From contig JAPETS010000029.1 in NCBI GenBank assembly GCA_026023565.1, forward strand, positions 62,001-126,000: 64,000 nt of DNA, given 5' to 3'. This DNA comes from Cirrosporium novae-zelandiae (lineage: Eukaryota). A program made the translations under genes and the position numbers. Below are positions 9,482-24,078 of the stretch, piece by piece. Under the pieces are notes generated by a model. The model saw nothing but the letters and a program-made list of their open reading frames with translations, was not told the DNA's origin and made no database searches. The stretch's first letter is position 1, and every line of letters starts with the position of its first letter.

Positions 9482-10420
9482 ATTAAAAGACAGTTACAAC
9501 AATCAGACCAGGCCAAGGTGATGTGCAATGCGCAAAAAGAATATTTTATACAGTTCCATTGTGGTAGGATACACTGGTAAGATGGGATGTGTAGCTTGTT
9601 TACAACAATGAAAATGAATTTAGACTAACTAATTACCAAGGACTTGTAAGAGGCATTTACTTTGTCGGAGTGACGTCGTAGATCTCGAAATCGGATCGGA
9701 TTATCAAATAAGCTTAAATACTCTATCAGGTCGGCATCGGCAATAGGACCCTCCGTGCGATTTAGGGCCACAGAGCTTAGAATTACATCCAAGTTGAATT
9801 TAGAAGAGACAAATGTATTTTGATGCCCTCAAGCAGTCAAAAACTAAGTTGAACTAATAGACATAAATCAACGTTTAAACAATAACCAAGAAAGCTATTG
9901 AACATCCGCCATCTCATCTCAATGCCCTTAAATCTTGAATGTGAACGCCGACACTCCCCTTCATGCTAACTTCTTGCAAGACTCCATGACTATTACTTTC
10001 ATGAGGACTATCTTGACTATCGAATCGTTATCTACATCACCCACCGTCATTCGCGACATCTACACCTATGCTGACTTGACTGCTCACTGTATCATAGCAC
10101 CAACCATTTCACCTCTGGCAATCCAAGTTGCGGCGTGAGATCACACCAATTGTAACAATATTCCGAATGCTGGGTCCTTGAGTCCGAAGTTGAAAAGTGT
10201 GCCATGCTATAGTGACCGATGTTATAATCAATGCGCAACAACACTTCCAATTTCGAATTATTCAGGTCTCCTAGATCAATAGCCCTCAGCTCCACCGTGG
10301 CCAGAGACAAGACTTTTGGCCTGAAGCGCTCATGAATAGACCCCACTTCTATCAGGCGGAGGAAATCTAGGAATGGAGCCGAGTAACTATGCGAAGAAGA
10401 ACTATGCAGGCATGGAATGT

Positions 10421-11628
10421 TCAGGAATGCGATGCCCCGTGGTTTTGAAGAGCCGCATTCCGAACAGGGGCAAAGTAAGGATGTGCCATAGCTTCCTTGG
10501 CGGTTAGTCGTTCCTGAATACTGTTAGTAAAGGGATATTTGCAATCAGCATTTATGATAGACTTACTTGATGATCATATCGGAGAAGTTTATCAAGGAAA
10601 TCAATAGCATCATTACTAACGAATCTTTGGTTATCTTGATTGACAAAACTGTGCCAACTCTTCTTGGGGAACCGACCCAGTATGTCATCATACTGAGTAT
10701 CAAGTTCAATGTCATATTTGTCTAGGTACTCGAAGAGATCGTCTGTACCCAGAACCTTGGCAATTTTTACAAGTTGATCTGAGTTGCTGTTGCCATGGAA
10801 GAAGGGTTCTTTGCGGAAAATCATCGAGGCGAACATGGCTCCCAGTGACCACATATCCAGAGAATAATCATATTCTTGAAAGTCCACAAGAAGTTCTGGC
10901 CCTTTGAAGTATCTCGAAGCAACCCTGACATTGTATTCCGTACCTCGGTGATAGAACTCGGCAAGACCCCAATCGATAAGGCGAAGCTAAAGTTCATTAG
11001 TCTTTTATGGATATCCCATATATTAGATAATAATTACCTTGCGCTTTTCATGGTCTATCATAACATTATGTGGTTTAACATCCCGATGCATAATACCCTT
11101 ACTATGACAGTAGTCCAAGGCCTGTACAGGGTTTAGCAAGATAAAGGCGGGGTCATTAGGATCCAAGACCGACCTTGAGAAGTTCATAGATATAAAACCG
11201 AACGTCGTAATCTGAAAATTTAGGATACAGAGTTCTAAAGTCCGTATTGTTGACATATTCAAATATGAGAGAAGGTGTTTTGCTTTGACTGTCTCGAACA
11301 ACATCTAGTAGCGCAACGATATTCGGGCCTCCTGAAAGGTTTTGTAGGATCTTGATTTCACGCTTAATCTTCTTCTTTTTGACCGGCTTCAGAACCTTGA
11401 CAACACATTTTTGATAGTTGACTATATTGATGCCTTCGAAGACTTCCGAGTATTTTCCTCGGCCTGCGAGGCTGGTTAGCGAAGAAATGGCGAACAAGAA
11501 GCGGGCAGCGAACCAATCTTTCTGACCACCTCATAATTCTCAAGAACACCCCACGATATATTGACGCTATCATAGTCCCAGTATGCTCTTGGCATCTGTT
11601 CATTCACATCTGCATACACACGCGCCAT
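10421..11628 (-). CDS. cka1: Casein kinase II catalytic (alpha) subunit, 333 aa, 5 exons
   Basis: Exons 11628-11514, 11463-11174, 11121-11038, 10986-10567, 10513-10421 (GT-AG, total 1002 nt). MARVYADVN..., [54 protein letters not shown]. Confidence 0.97.
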
Positions 11629-12028
11629 GATGTAGGGGAGCAGACTCGGACTAGGTCCGCCCTTGACTTTGCGGAGGTTTCAAGAGGAATAATTCAAGAG
11701 AATATACTTAGCAGGGCCCTTTGCTAGATATTGGATAGCATTCAACGACCAGACGAAACAACAAAATAATGGTTGTACAATAGCACCAGTTCGTGTCGAG
11801 AATCTGGAGTCAGTGATGTTGATCGATCTCGCAAAAGCAAGCCTTCAGCCCAACTTTGAACGGATAAGGTAGGGGTAGGCGAGCACGTGATGAACCTAGA
11901 AATTTGGCTCTATTTCTTTTCTGTGCCGTCGATCCTTCATTAATTTGAAGATGCGTCAAGTGAAGAAACACAGATAAATACAAAGCAAGGGACTGGGATA
12001 ATATATCTAAAGCTATGAGTATTTCAAC

Positions 12029-13020
12029 ATGTTTTATGATCTCAACGTCCCTTGGACGCCAAACGATTCCGAACTGCCAGTGACCCTGTCTTTCCTTGTT
12101 GAACGTGAGCTTTCTAGTTAGCTCTTTTATATGATTGAGCTAACCCTACTCTAGTTGGATATAATACTGTCGCCCTAAATCATACTATCTCTGGAAAGCT
12201 CCCTTCAGATCTCACATGCCCCATTCCAAATCCTCTTCCATTCAACGTCCCAGCATCATTGCGCGTGCTCCGAAGATGCACAATCATTATCTCTGACCCT
12301 TCTCAAAACTACCGTCTTTCTTCGCTCGCATCGAATTATGATATTGTTGCGCTACGCCCCACCACTGAAAAATCTCTTCAACAAGCTTCAAATTCCCTCG
12401 ACTGCGACCTGATCTCTCTGGACATGAGCTCGCGTTTCCAATTCTATTTCAAATTTTCAACCCTCAAGTCAGCAATCGAAAGAGGGGTGAGACTTGAGAT
12501 CTGCTATGCCGAGGGGATTCAATCTCTAGATAATAGTGCCAGACGAAATCTTCTCAGCAACTCAACCCAGCTCATTAGAGCCACAAGATCAAGAGGTATC
12601 ATAATCTCAAGTGAAGCAAAGACAGCGCTTGCTTGCAGAGGCCCTTGGGATGTCATAAATCTGGCAGCTGTATGGGGGTTGGGACAAGAACGAGGTCGTG
12701 AGGCAGTGGGAAATGAAGCTAGGCAGGTCGTAATGCAAGCTACCATGAAGAGAACAAGTTACAGAGGAGTCGTAGATGTGGTATACGGTGGAGAGAAACC
12801 TAAAGAAACGGCTTCATCTACAAAAGGGAAGGGCCTAGAAAGAAAGAAGGTTGTAGGGACAGGGCAGAAAAGAAATATGGATGTTGCGAACGGAGATGAG
12901 CAAGCACCTGGTGAAGCAGAGAAGATTTCGAAGAGAGAAATGAAAAGAAGAGCAAAGAAGGCTAAGCTTGAGAACACTGTCGGACAGAATGAAAGCCCAC
13001 CTCAACGGGGCAAACCCTAA
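12029..13020 (+). CDS. RPP1: RNase P/MRP subunit p30 (Rpp1), 313 aa, 2 exons
   Basis: Exons 12029-12104 and 12155-13020. MFYDLNVPW, LGYNTVALNH, YDIVALRPTTEK, DLISLD, AIERGVRLEICY, RGIIISSEA...RGPWDVINL. Divergent from CK2 across 400 bp. Confidence 0.93.
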
Positions 13021-13784
13021 GGACAAAGATGAATCCAAAAGCCTTTTCCACGAACCTAAATACTGAAATCGGACCAAATTTTTAACACGATACCCAACAT
13101 CCAATGTTCGCATATTCGTCCGTCCTTGCGGGAAATCTTCGGCCAACCGAACCATTCGAGACTCAATGCTATTTTGCATCAATATCGATTTTAAGCTATT
13201 CTAGTAGAGTCCTCCGGGCAGCACACAGTCTATGGTGCCGAATATTTTGTTGCCTAATCTAGGATGACGACAATGAAGGATCTTTTAGCTTTATGCGTTC
13301 AGATGCTTATATTCACCCAAAGATAAGCCCACTTTCGATGTAATCCTTTTAATACAACTAGTGATGACATTGACTCATCCATCACTTACAAGGGAGGACC
13401 TTGGAGGAAGATGGTGATTAAATTTGAAAAAAAAAAGGGAGCAAATGGCCTTGTGTGCTAATATGCCGTCATCTATCTGCCATATTGGATACTGGCGGTC
13501 GAAGATTGTGTGTAGCACATGAATTGGAGCGGTTCAGCCACAGAAGAAAATTCCTTTAAGTTAGGTCCTATATGTCCAAAATTCGCTTTCAATTATCAAT
13601 AAACGCCATAATTGGGGTATAACATCTTTTTATCTTTTCCTGCCCTGCTACTTCCACATCACTGTTTGCTCTTACCAAGGTTGAACCCGTATCTCTCAAG
13701 GAATTATGACAAAAGAATGAAATAATTGTCTTGCTTACGGCAGAGGCTCCATATGCCAGTTACCGATTATGATATTATTTCTTT

Positions 13785-15068
13785 CTACCCAGGCCCACCC
13801 GTCTGCCTTAAAACATCTCTCCCTCCAAGGCGTAGCGTCAACGTGCTCTGCAAGTCGAATGTGCTTATATCAAACGTCGAAGGCGATGCAGTGATAGTCT
13901 GCAGGGTCGACAACGACGCTTGCGAGACCCGCTTCGCAGCCGTCGATGTGGTCGATATGTTACTCCCAATTGTAACGCCCAAGTCTCCGTTATCAAACAA
14001 ACTCTGCTGGCAAAGGCAAGCGCATACGTCACACGCAGGTAAACCCGATGACGACGACGAAGATGCTATACTAGCGGCGGAAGCGGCAGCGGAAGATACG
14101 GCCAACGATGTCTGCGCCACCTGCACGGTCGAGGATGCAGGTACAATAGCCACCACGACCGAGGAATTGTTTGAAGAAGCCGATGCGGGCGAGACGATGG
14201 TTGCGAAGGATGTCTGACCTGCTGTCACCTATACATGCATAATATGGTTTCTCATCATCAGCAACTAGCCATACTATCAAGTACAAATCAAACCATCCAA
14301 AGGAAAAACAGATAAGAAAAAAACATACAATTGACGGGTTATCTGTAGCTGTAACCGTAACTCTATTCGTGGCCGTAGCAGTACAATTCCCACTAACAGT
14401 TAAAAAACCCTGAAAAACCGTCGTCGTCTGCACAATTGTTTGCATCAACGTCGAAATTCGCAACTCCTACCCAATTAGTTAGTCAATTCTATTCAATCCG
14501 GTCCGATCCAACCCATTTCTCCCATACACACAGTGCATAACACATAGCACAGAGCACACAACAACAGCCACATCTATTAATTCCCTAGGTAATTTCTTAC
14601 CAACCCACCCACCCAACATCATAACCCCCCTAGAACAAAAAAAAAGGACCGATCTCCACAACAGAGAACATAAAAAATAAACCATACCGTAGTAGTCTGA
14701 AAGCTAACTTCCGTAAACGTAGTAATAGACCTCCCATCCGCCGCCGTATGCGCTATAAGGTTCGCAGAACTGCTACTCGCAGCTATTGCCGCCGAGGTGC
14801 TTATGCCCGTGCCTCCGCTCCCCTGGCCTAACCCTTGGCCGATTGTGAGTACCAATGTAGAGTATTGTCCATCATTATTATTGTTATTGTTATTGTGGTC
14901 GTTGTTATTGTTGTTGTCGTGATGATTATGTGCCTGAAGAAGATGGAGTTAGTTTTTTGTTTTGGGGGGATGGAAAGGGAGAGGGGGGGGATGTTTTACG
15001 TGGGTCAAGCTCCAGAATTGGAGGATTGCTAGGAGGGAGGCTCTGAGTTTGGGACGGCGGACGCGCAT
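13785..15068 (-). CDS. Secreted Ser/Thr/Ala-rich hypothetical protein with His/Asn tract and CxxCxCxC motif (298 aa, 4 exons)
   Basis: Exons 15068-15000, 14933-14688, 14466-14329, 14228-13785; all three introns are GT-AG, phase 0, and splice into one open frame. N-terminus MRVRRPKLRASLLAILQFWSLTHA is signal-peptide-like; contains ACDVCACLC. Confidence 0.72.
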
Positions 15069-18000
15069 TGTGTGTATGTGTGTGCTTTTGTTTGTTTGTT
15101 TGTTGTGGTGGAGGGATAGATGGATAGATGGAAGGGAGAGAGGAGGAGGAGAGAAAGAGAGAGGTGGGACGGATTCCAGATCCAAGGTTCGATAGTTCAA
15201 GTTCAAGGAAGTTTGTACGATGGACAGATAAACAGACAGACAGCAAGTAGCGGGATTGGATGTATACACAGTACACTCCGTATAGCTAACAAAAAAGTAA
15301 AGTAAAATAGGAATAGAATAAAGCAAGTAACGGAGAAGAAAGCAAAGAGAGAACCTGTGCCAGACAAGCTAGTATCAGGAAGAAAAAAACCTATAACAAT
15401 AAGCTGTTGCACGATGAGAAAGATGGAAAGGGAGAAAGAAAGAAGGAAAGGTAGGTTGGATAGGTAGGTAGATGGCTCCCTCCTCCCACTACCTTCCCTC
15501 ATTCATTATCATCCCTCTCATCAATCAATCAACCAGTCAGTCAAACAAGCAACAGAATCCATCAGCTAACCCAGCCAACCAAGCCCTCAAGTTTGAGATT
15601 CAAAATATGTGAAGATCCGAATGAGAGATTTCCCCACCGTCCGTGAGGAGGCGGCGGTTACATAGCTTGTCCATCACAATTCCACATCCCATAACTATAC
15701 CATCACATACGACGAGAGATAATAAAAAATCCCTCTCCATTTACATTAGAATCTCAAACACAACCTACACACACGAAAGAAGGAGATGAAAAAAAGTAAG
15801 CAAGGGAGAAGAGGGGGAGGCGGGGGAACGTTTTTCGCAGCCAATCGTGATTCATGAAATTTATAGGACTGTGTTGCTGTAAAACTTGGAGTGTTAAAAG
15901 TTGGCGATTGAGTTGAGGTAATAGGCTGGTTAGTTGGTTGGTTGGAGGGGGAGAAAGGAGCGCATGAATTGTTGTAGATGTCTGGAGACCGGTGGTGTTG
16001 CAGATTCGGAACAGGGGGGTTTCAGGTTGCGGGGCAAGCGCTTTGAGGTTATCTTCAATTTTTTAATTTTTTTAGTTCTTTTTATCCGAGATTTAATTCT
16101 TGATCTGCATTACCTCCTTACATTAATTAATTAAATAGATAAAGTAATAAGGAGTGCTGATTTCTTTTTTTGAGAGAGAGGGAAAGATAGAGGAAAAGAT
16201 AATATAAATATATATTTTAAAAATTTAGCGAAGATGAAAAAACGTAGAAGGCAAAATGCATGTTCAATTTCTTTTGTATTTATTGAACAATAATTCACTT
16301 ATGTAAAGAACTCTGGTTTGTTTTTATTTATCTTCTCCTCTTGCTCTAGATATAACCATATACGTACTGTTATAAAGCAGCGGGCAGGTCATTCTCAAAG
16401 ACGCCCTTTGAGTGGTATGAAAAGTCAATTTGGCTACAAACGGACATGGCCTGTGCATATCCAAATACCTTTAGAATTTGGTAGAGTTTTTTTCTATTTA
16501 AGCTCTTAAGGCACGGTACGAAGAAACAGCGGTTTCATAAATGACCGAGACACACCATCTGCCATCCCAAAAATGCACACGGGATCGTTAAGGAATCGTA
16601 GTTTTGGTGAACGTAGGAATTAGAGTTTGGGGGATGAGTGAGTAGGTAAGTGAGTGTAAGTGGAATTGGATAGTGGATGGCGCCGCTGGGACATTGATGC
16701 CGTGAGTTCTCTTTTTGGGAGTATGGTAAGTATGGCCTGATGAAAACCAGTTCAATAAAAACATCGATTGCTTGTATAATTAGCATCATACTATCTTCTT
16801 CTAGTCTACAGTCTACACAGTAGAAACTCATATTTAAGTAGTAATTTTTTAACCTTAGTGTATTGACCCTGAGAGAATTCTTTTGTTTACTAGTATGCGT
16901 TTGTATAACCATGACCTGATACTGGATGGATGGGGATAAGGATGGAGGACAGCTTTGCTTCCTCTTATTCTGTGGGGAAATAGTAGATGTAGGCGATCGC
17001 TGTTATGATTATGGGGTGAACATGGCTGCTGTTGTCAATCTCTGTCTTCCTCTTTTCTGAATCGTGGAACATTATTTGTAGAGCTGACGGATTTGTTGCT
17101 GTAGCGCTCGATATTCATGAATATGAAATATGTCAGAAATATAGTAGATGGGGTCGAGAATAGGAAGAGATAACTATCCATTTCGGTATTAATATGTTGG
17201 GGAAATGGAATGCTGATGGGCATCTAAACTATGCTAGCCTTCATGAGGGAGAGAAAGAGAATCGCGACCCTAAAGCTAGTGCCTTATTGAGAATCACTGG
17301 ACTAGGTAGCATCAAAGTCTTGTTTTGTCTTGTGCGATGCTGTTTTCCAGCAGAGTAAATCGGTAACCTATTTCGTTCTAAAGCCGAAGCCAGCTTCGAA
17401 TATCTGTGTTTCATATAGGATGGATTGGACTGAGCTAGTCGATCTCGATCGGATGAAATTGCTTGTTAGTTAAGGCATGCTTCGTCCTTAAGGTAGAGAA
17501 AATAAATGGGACTTCGGGTTGTAGACTTTAGTAAAAGTAGTGTGGCGAATACCATTGGATCGCAGCTGCATTCTTAGAATGGGCTGGTTGCTGCTGGCTT
17601 TTTTGCGGTTGGTGGTTGTGTTACAGCTAGGCGAAGATGAGATGGGAAAGTGCTATGGTCCTTGAACGGTACAGCATGCGAGCAGAACCGAGTTCCTGGA
17701 ATTGACCTTAGACGTTAGTGTGGTGGACAATATTAATTACCTAGGTAGTTAGGGACGAGAAATGAAGCAACAACAAAAATGAGGACACACGGCGAAAGGA
17801 ACATCCAGCGCGGTCGCAAAAATTCGAAACAGATGTAGATCGGTTTGTCGGGGAGCTAGTAATTTGTTGGAGTTAGGTAACTGGGGAAAATGGATGTCGC
17901 ACAACGTCTCGGTGACTTAGATTGGGCTCAGACCAAGGGCCAACACCGTCCACGGGAAGTTAGTATGGAGAAACTGGAGGAGAGGGTCCACAAAGCTGAA

Positions 18001-21000
18001 GGGGTGCAATATGCGTGTTACATTCATCGGTTGTGATTTAGGATTCAACTACGAGATAGAATAGGGCCCAAGGAGGAAGGTTGGAAGTTATTTTTCGGTC
18101 TGCGCCAGGGCTGGGGTCCGCTATTTGGGTATGGAAGGGAAGGTTTGTGAGCCTTTATAGTCTAATCGCATATTGGCCCCTGGGGTATTTGATGGGAAGA
18201 CATCGCAGAAACAGCCCCACAGGTCGAAGTTTAAGAGGGCATATGCGTTGTCATTATGCGTCAAGGCCTCAGGATAACATCAAAAAGAGGACTGCCGCAG
18301 GATTCTAGCGTTGGGCTTGCTAGAATTCTTATTTGATAGACTTAAGATTCCAGTACTCCTAATATCTGATAGGGCGACCGTAATGATAGGTAATGGCATC
18401 CTTATGGAGTGAGTTTTCCGAAGGGATCTAGAGAGTATTTTTAACACGCTCCAGGAAATTTGGGCACTTGTGATTTGTTTCCCGTAAAAACAACTAAGGA
18501 TGATCTATTTGCAAGATCCAACAGCATATTGGCTTCTGATATGGTGGGTCCAAAAGTGAGATGTATCGATGTGAAATCAAGATAGATATCCTGAGTAAGG
18601 GCTTAGCTCCACTGCAGAAACTATGACTTAGTGTCTTATCTGAATTAATTATATTGAATTTGATGGAACTGTGTATCAAACACGAATATACTAAAGTCAT
18701 CTTTAGAATTAAAGCCAAGGGATTATGATGAGTTGAATATCATAACCGAACGAAATATGCATATCGGTTCTAGTAGTAATTCACCAATGTGAAAAACTCC
18801 ACTGGATACACTTCGAACGATAGCCCTGATACTATGTCAAGCTCATTATGGAATCCACCGTTGCAATTTAAGTTGGCTTCGCGGAATAGATCACCACAAC
18901 GAGGGATTCTTCTGGGATTTTCATGGTATCTAACAAAAACCGGCAAGATTCTCGCAATGATTCCGGGATCGGGAGTGATAGCTAGTGGTTTTCTATGGGT
19001 AGGACTTGCGAAAACTTTGGCTTTATGCTAGTGACCTAAAATTTGGCTAATCATTAGCAAAGGGCTTTAGGTCAAGATAACACTCATCGAGGACACAAAA
19101 ACACTCGCGAAAGGCTCATCAGTACTTGAACTGCTGGAAGAGTGAAAGCTGAAGGTACCCCTAGAGACTTTTCAAGTTTTTCTAATCCGCCAATCCCCAG
19201 GTCAATAGGCGTGTGTTCAGAGCTGAATTGAGCTAGAGGTTGTTCGATAGCTGACTTTACACTTTGAGATGAGGTGAATAAAGAGTATTCTTAGAAAGTA
19301 GTGGAGCTGCATCCGAAGGAATTTCATAGCATGTATCTGAAATTTAAATATGAAGGAGAGTTCATTGGGTTGTTTTTGCCGTAATCGAGTATTGATATTG
19401 GATGGTATGCGTTGCTAGAGCTCTTGGAGCTAATAAAGCAGGACAAGGATAGCGACAAATGGTTCCTAGAAGTAACTAGTAATCATGCGGAAGACAACTC
19501 GTAATAATGAAAACCTATGCCTACATCCAAAACACTTCCGGAATGGCCAACGAGAGAAATGAAGAATTGATTGGAACCCTGGATGCTGTTAATCCTCTTT
19601 GAACCGATACTTTCGACATAAGACCAACAAGAAGTATGTTCCCAACTATCGGGATTTTTTTCAACTGGACATAAGAATTATTGGTCTCTAGCTGGCGTGT
19701 GTCTGGGTGTGTGATAGCCCATAATATAACTATTCTGGGAAGTGGTCGTTGATTTGGTGTTGGACAATGGGGCAAGTTGAGCTTAAGCAAAAAGTCGCAT
19801 CATATTTCCCTTGGCCATCCTTAATCACAATAATAATTGCACATTAGACTCCACAAAAGTTGATACCCGCTCCCGCAGTGAGCTGATATCATGCTGTCTC
19901 CAAGAGCAAATTCTTTCGGTCCCTCGGCGACGTGCGTATGGAACGGAGTGCAAAAGTAGAATGCGGATAGATGCTTCACAGTCTACGGTCGAAGGGAAGT
20001 CGAAAAGAAAATTGTGTCAATTCGTCTGATATGTTATCGGATTATTCGGTGACAGTAGACTTGTCAGATATCGCTAAGTACAGGTAGTGTATTTCGCAAA
20101 GAAGCTGTGAAGTAATAGAATAAATGGTTGATAGATGCTTTGTAATCTAGCAGCTATTTTGCTAGGGCTCGAGTTCAACAAAGATTAGGGATGCATCAAA
20201 GTTCGATGATGAAGCTGAATGGTTGGAGAACATAAACGAACGAAACTGTGAAGATACCAGTAGTTCTAATGTTCCTTGGTACAAGATAACGTCGAAGTCG
20301 GGCCCTGGCACTTGAAGGCGTTTTGGGCGTTCGTGGGCGCTCCTACTGCGGTTGTGAAGCACCGCCCGCGGAAAGAGAAGGGAAATAGAAAGGCCAGAGA
20401 AAATGCCGAGTTAGCGTGTACACGGCATAGAAACGAGGGTATAGGCTGCAACCAGAAATAGAAAAGAGCTGTCAAAGCTGACTCTGAATTCCTATCTGTA
20501 GTGTGCATGCAGGCAACAGCTTCGATTCAATAATGATCCTGGAATCACTGACACTGACCGGGCATTGGGTTTGAATTGAATGGCGATATGGATTGGAAAT
20601 CATTAACTAATATCCACCCCGTTGAAGGATTCATACCAAAGCAAACTCAAGTTCTCCAGGCCCTCTTTAAAGCCACCTGCTATAGTGCGAATCCTTAAAC
20701 GGGGCCTGTTAGAATAAGTAAAAACTGCTTGAGGCTGGCAATAGCAAAACAGTTTCCCCCAACGAGGTGCTCTGTCTTACTTCAAAGGTCTTTACCCAAA
20801 CAAGCGATTCTTTGAAGCAAGAATGCCGAAGGATGGGCTCAGGACTGGCCTTCTTTGTTTCCAGCACAATAGATAAGGTTGGAGGGATTTCGTTTTAAGC
20901 TTATGTCTCAGTTGGTACGAGCATTGCAGCAATAGCTCAAGTAATGGAGATTTCACAAGCTCGAGTTCGTTGTCACTTGCTCCTCTGTTGCATCGCCGTC

Positions 21001-21132
21001 CCCGTCTAGCATGGGTCTGCCCTGTTGAGACAGCTGAAGCGACCAGGGAAGGCCACCTCAAAGATCAACAGCTAGGGCTCCTCTCCGTCGGGTATCGACT
21101 GGAACAGAATTGAGCAAAATACTTGTGGATCA

Positions 21133-21235
21133 TCAAGCATGAAAAGTGAGCAAGTCATGGCAAGCGAGTAAGTCATGTACAGCATGGAAAGCATGGAAAA
21201 CATGTAAAGCATGGAGAGCAAGTAAAGCATGTAGT
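21133..21235. repeat. Degenerate 9-bp minisatellite (AAGCATGGA-like)
   Basis: agcatggaa agcatggaa aacatgtaa agcatggag agcaagtaa agcatgtag. Confidence 0.6.
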
Positions 21236-23703
21236 CTGTACGATAGATTTTGACAAGTTGACAGGAGGAGGAAAACAACAATCGAGGCTTATCGGAAAAA
21301 GTAGGGAATTGATTGGTGGTGTTGAGGAGGGAGAGTGGTGGAGGTATGGGATGGCTGTGTTTTCCGTCAGCCAAGCATCTGTCATGCTGCAAGACGTCGG
21401 TGTCCGAGTGAGGTACAGACTACCTCTGAAAGGAAATGGATATGTCAATGCCCCAGTCTTCGGAAGCCGAGGAAAGGTGTGGGATAGAAGAATAGATGGA
21501 GTATCCCTAAGTATCTTACCGTTTACGAGTGAGACAGCCTGGTGGACTAGTTTGGGCTGGGTAATTCACTTTTGTTTTCTTTTTTAGAGCGAGTAGCGTT
21601 TAGATTGGAGATTAGCATGTAGCTTAGATGGAGCAATGAGAGAGGCGGGAAAGTAAACTAAGCATTTCTAGGGCAGTTTGTCGGGTTTGCAAGGGTTGAT
21701 AATGGTTGTTCCATTTCCCGTTCGCTTAATTTCTGAGGTCAAAATAAGGTTGGCGCAGCAGTCGAATCTGGAAAAGTCTTAGGGCTTTCGGGGTCAGACT
21801 AGACAAGTAGGCAGACTAGGATCACTAGGGTTATTTTTAGGGGACGATCGTCCTAGCTTTTCCCTTCCTTTGCAAACAATCCTGCCTTAATTAGAAGCCT
21901 AGAAACTCTCAGCCCAATTTTAACCATTCCGTCCAACCACATTCCATCGTGTCTAGGCTTAAATCCATAATCAGCCTAGTCCCGTCTTACGGTTGCTTTA
22001 GTTCAGCCGGCGCCGCTGCGGGCATAACTGAAGCCTTCCACAGTGGTAAAGAACATGGGGCAAGGGGTAGCAAAGGCTAACTTGATGTACCACGGCCGAC
22101 CAGGTACAGGCCAGGGCTTTGCTTTGCTTCGACCTCTTGATGACCCCCCTCCCGTCCTCATTATTATTATTCATCTCCTTTGGGCTTAAGCTCTCGGGGT
22201 AAACGGCGCCTTTTTTTTTGTTAATCCTCATCAACCTCATCTCATTCTAATTTGCTCCTCCGATCCATTACAAACATTACCGTCACTGTGTGCATGCTCT
22301 CTGCTGGCCCATTTGAACCTCCTATTGTGAATTCTTACCGGTTGCTCATAATAGGTAGCACAGCCGAGGCAAGCTGTTCTGTTATGGTTGGTAAACCACC
22401 ATGCAAGCTTGCTTGCTTGAGTCAAAGTCGAGCCATTTATTCGGGTTTCAATACCACGCTCTAGACAACTAGGATGTTAGCCAGCATCTCCCGCTTGCTC
22501 CCCGTTCACTTTGTCCTCTTGTTAGAAACATCTTGAATTGGCGACACCTTGAACGTAGTCTGCATTTCTCATGAACCTCTATGGAATGAATCACTACTGG
22601 CTCTCTTTTTCGTGAAGGTTCCTGACCCTTCTGGATCCTTATCTCGCGCCAGCTTAACGCCCGGATGCATAGTTGCTCATGATGCTTCCCGTCACGCTAT
22701 GACAAGGATTGTCCCTTCACTGGCCGGATAGTTGCGTTGAGCCGTCTGCTCAGGTGGTCTCCAAGATGGCCCCCAAGAAATGTGGAGTGCTTTTTCAGCA
22801 TTCGAAATCAAAGATATTAGCCTGCCATGACCTATGACTCTATCATAGCAGATACAAAGTGAACTTGTCCCAGGGTCAGAAAACATCCCGCCAATCGCAC
22901 CTTTGCACGTTAGCCGCAAACTTACTAGCTAGATAAGGCTGGACGATATTTCATGCACGTATCCGTCAGAGGCTCGCCTAATTAGTAACAAGAGCCACTG
23001 ACTGGTGTGCCGCAGCAAAAGTATTCTAAATTCTGATGCAACTCCAGATTATCATAGACGGCCAGCCAGCATGAACGTCAAATTTGCTGGGAGTTTGGAA
23101 GAATCTTACCCATTCCGGGGGCCTGAAATAGATACTCGGATTGTGACTAAGCGATTTCTTGATTGCTCTGCCTTAATAGAAGCCCAGTAGGGGAAGCGGT
23201 GTTGCGGCTTGAGTGGCTCGATATATGATCCCACCACACGATTGAAGTTTGAGATTTATGACTGCAGATGCTGACCTTGGCGCTTACTTAGGTACAGAAA
23301 TATGTTTACAATTTTTACTGTGATTTGTAAAAATTAAGGCAGGTGAATGGTCCATTGGTGATAGCGATTTTACAATACGCCGCTAATACGAGGAAAAATA
23401 TAAGAATTGAAAGTTAAACGGAGATCATGGTGGCTGGTAAAAGACGAGGATCATAATTAACTAGGAAATTGCCGTTCAGGTCCTGCATAGCACATGCAAA
23501 AATTCATCTTGGTGAAAAGGATTGTATCTAACCTTCGGAGCTGGAGAGTTGGAGGAAGTGGCTTAGGTACTGCTGCTTCATTTGGAACATCTAAACAACC
23601 TTTTTGTGGGGAACAGTGAACGCTGCAAAGCTGGACAACAGTACGAGAAAGAGTTATTCGAAGATGTGCTGACATAACTATACTCCAACAACGATAATCT
23701 AGT

Positions 23704-23889
23704 TCGGTCACCGACTGACTCGGCAAAAGATCCGTGATCCGAAACTCGATCAGCTTTCACTTTTGTGGTAGATTGACAAGGTGCCACTTGGAAGTTACCT
23801 CTGCTCGTCATGGAGACTAAACTATGCATGGCCTCAAAGCGGCTTGAATACTCATCTCCATATCAGTCTAAGCATTGCTTCTTTATAAA
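23704..23889 (+). promoter_or_regulatory. PKS promoter: clustered AflR-type TCG-N5-CGR sites and TATA box
   Basis: TCGGTCACCGA (23704-23714), CCGTGATCCGA (23732-23742) and CCGAAACTCGA (23739-23749); the last two read TCGN5CGG on the minus strand. TATAAA at 23884-23889. Confidence 0.5.
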
Positions 23890-24078
23890 CAGGCCTCCTG
23901 TCACTTTTCAATTGATCTTCATTACTCTAAGAACCGGTCAAGGTGTGTTCAAAACAACAACAATAACGACGACGATAACATCATCATCAACACCATCAAT
24001 ACCATCATCGTCATCCAGCTCAATCATCATCGTCGCTACCACCATCAATAATAATCAATATCACAACATAGAAACACC

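Noticed and set aside
13726..14217. 163-aa plus-strand ORF
   Set aside because: Antisense to exon 4 of the better-supported spliced minus-strand gene.
19300..21100. Coding-like but stop-riddled tract
   Set aside because: No family motif could be recovered by eye; needs a translated search.
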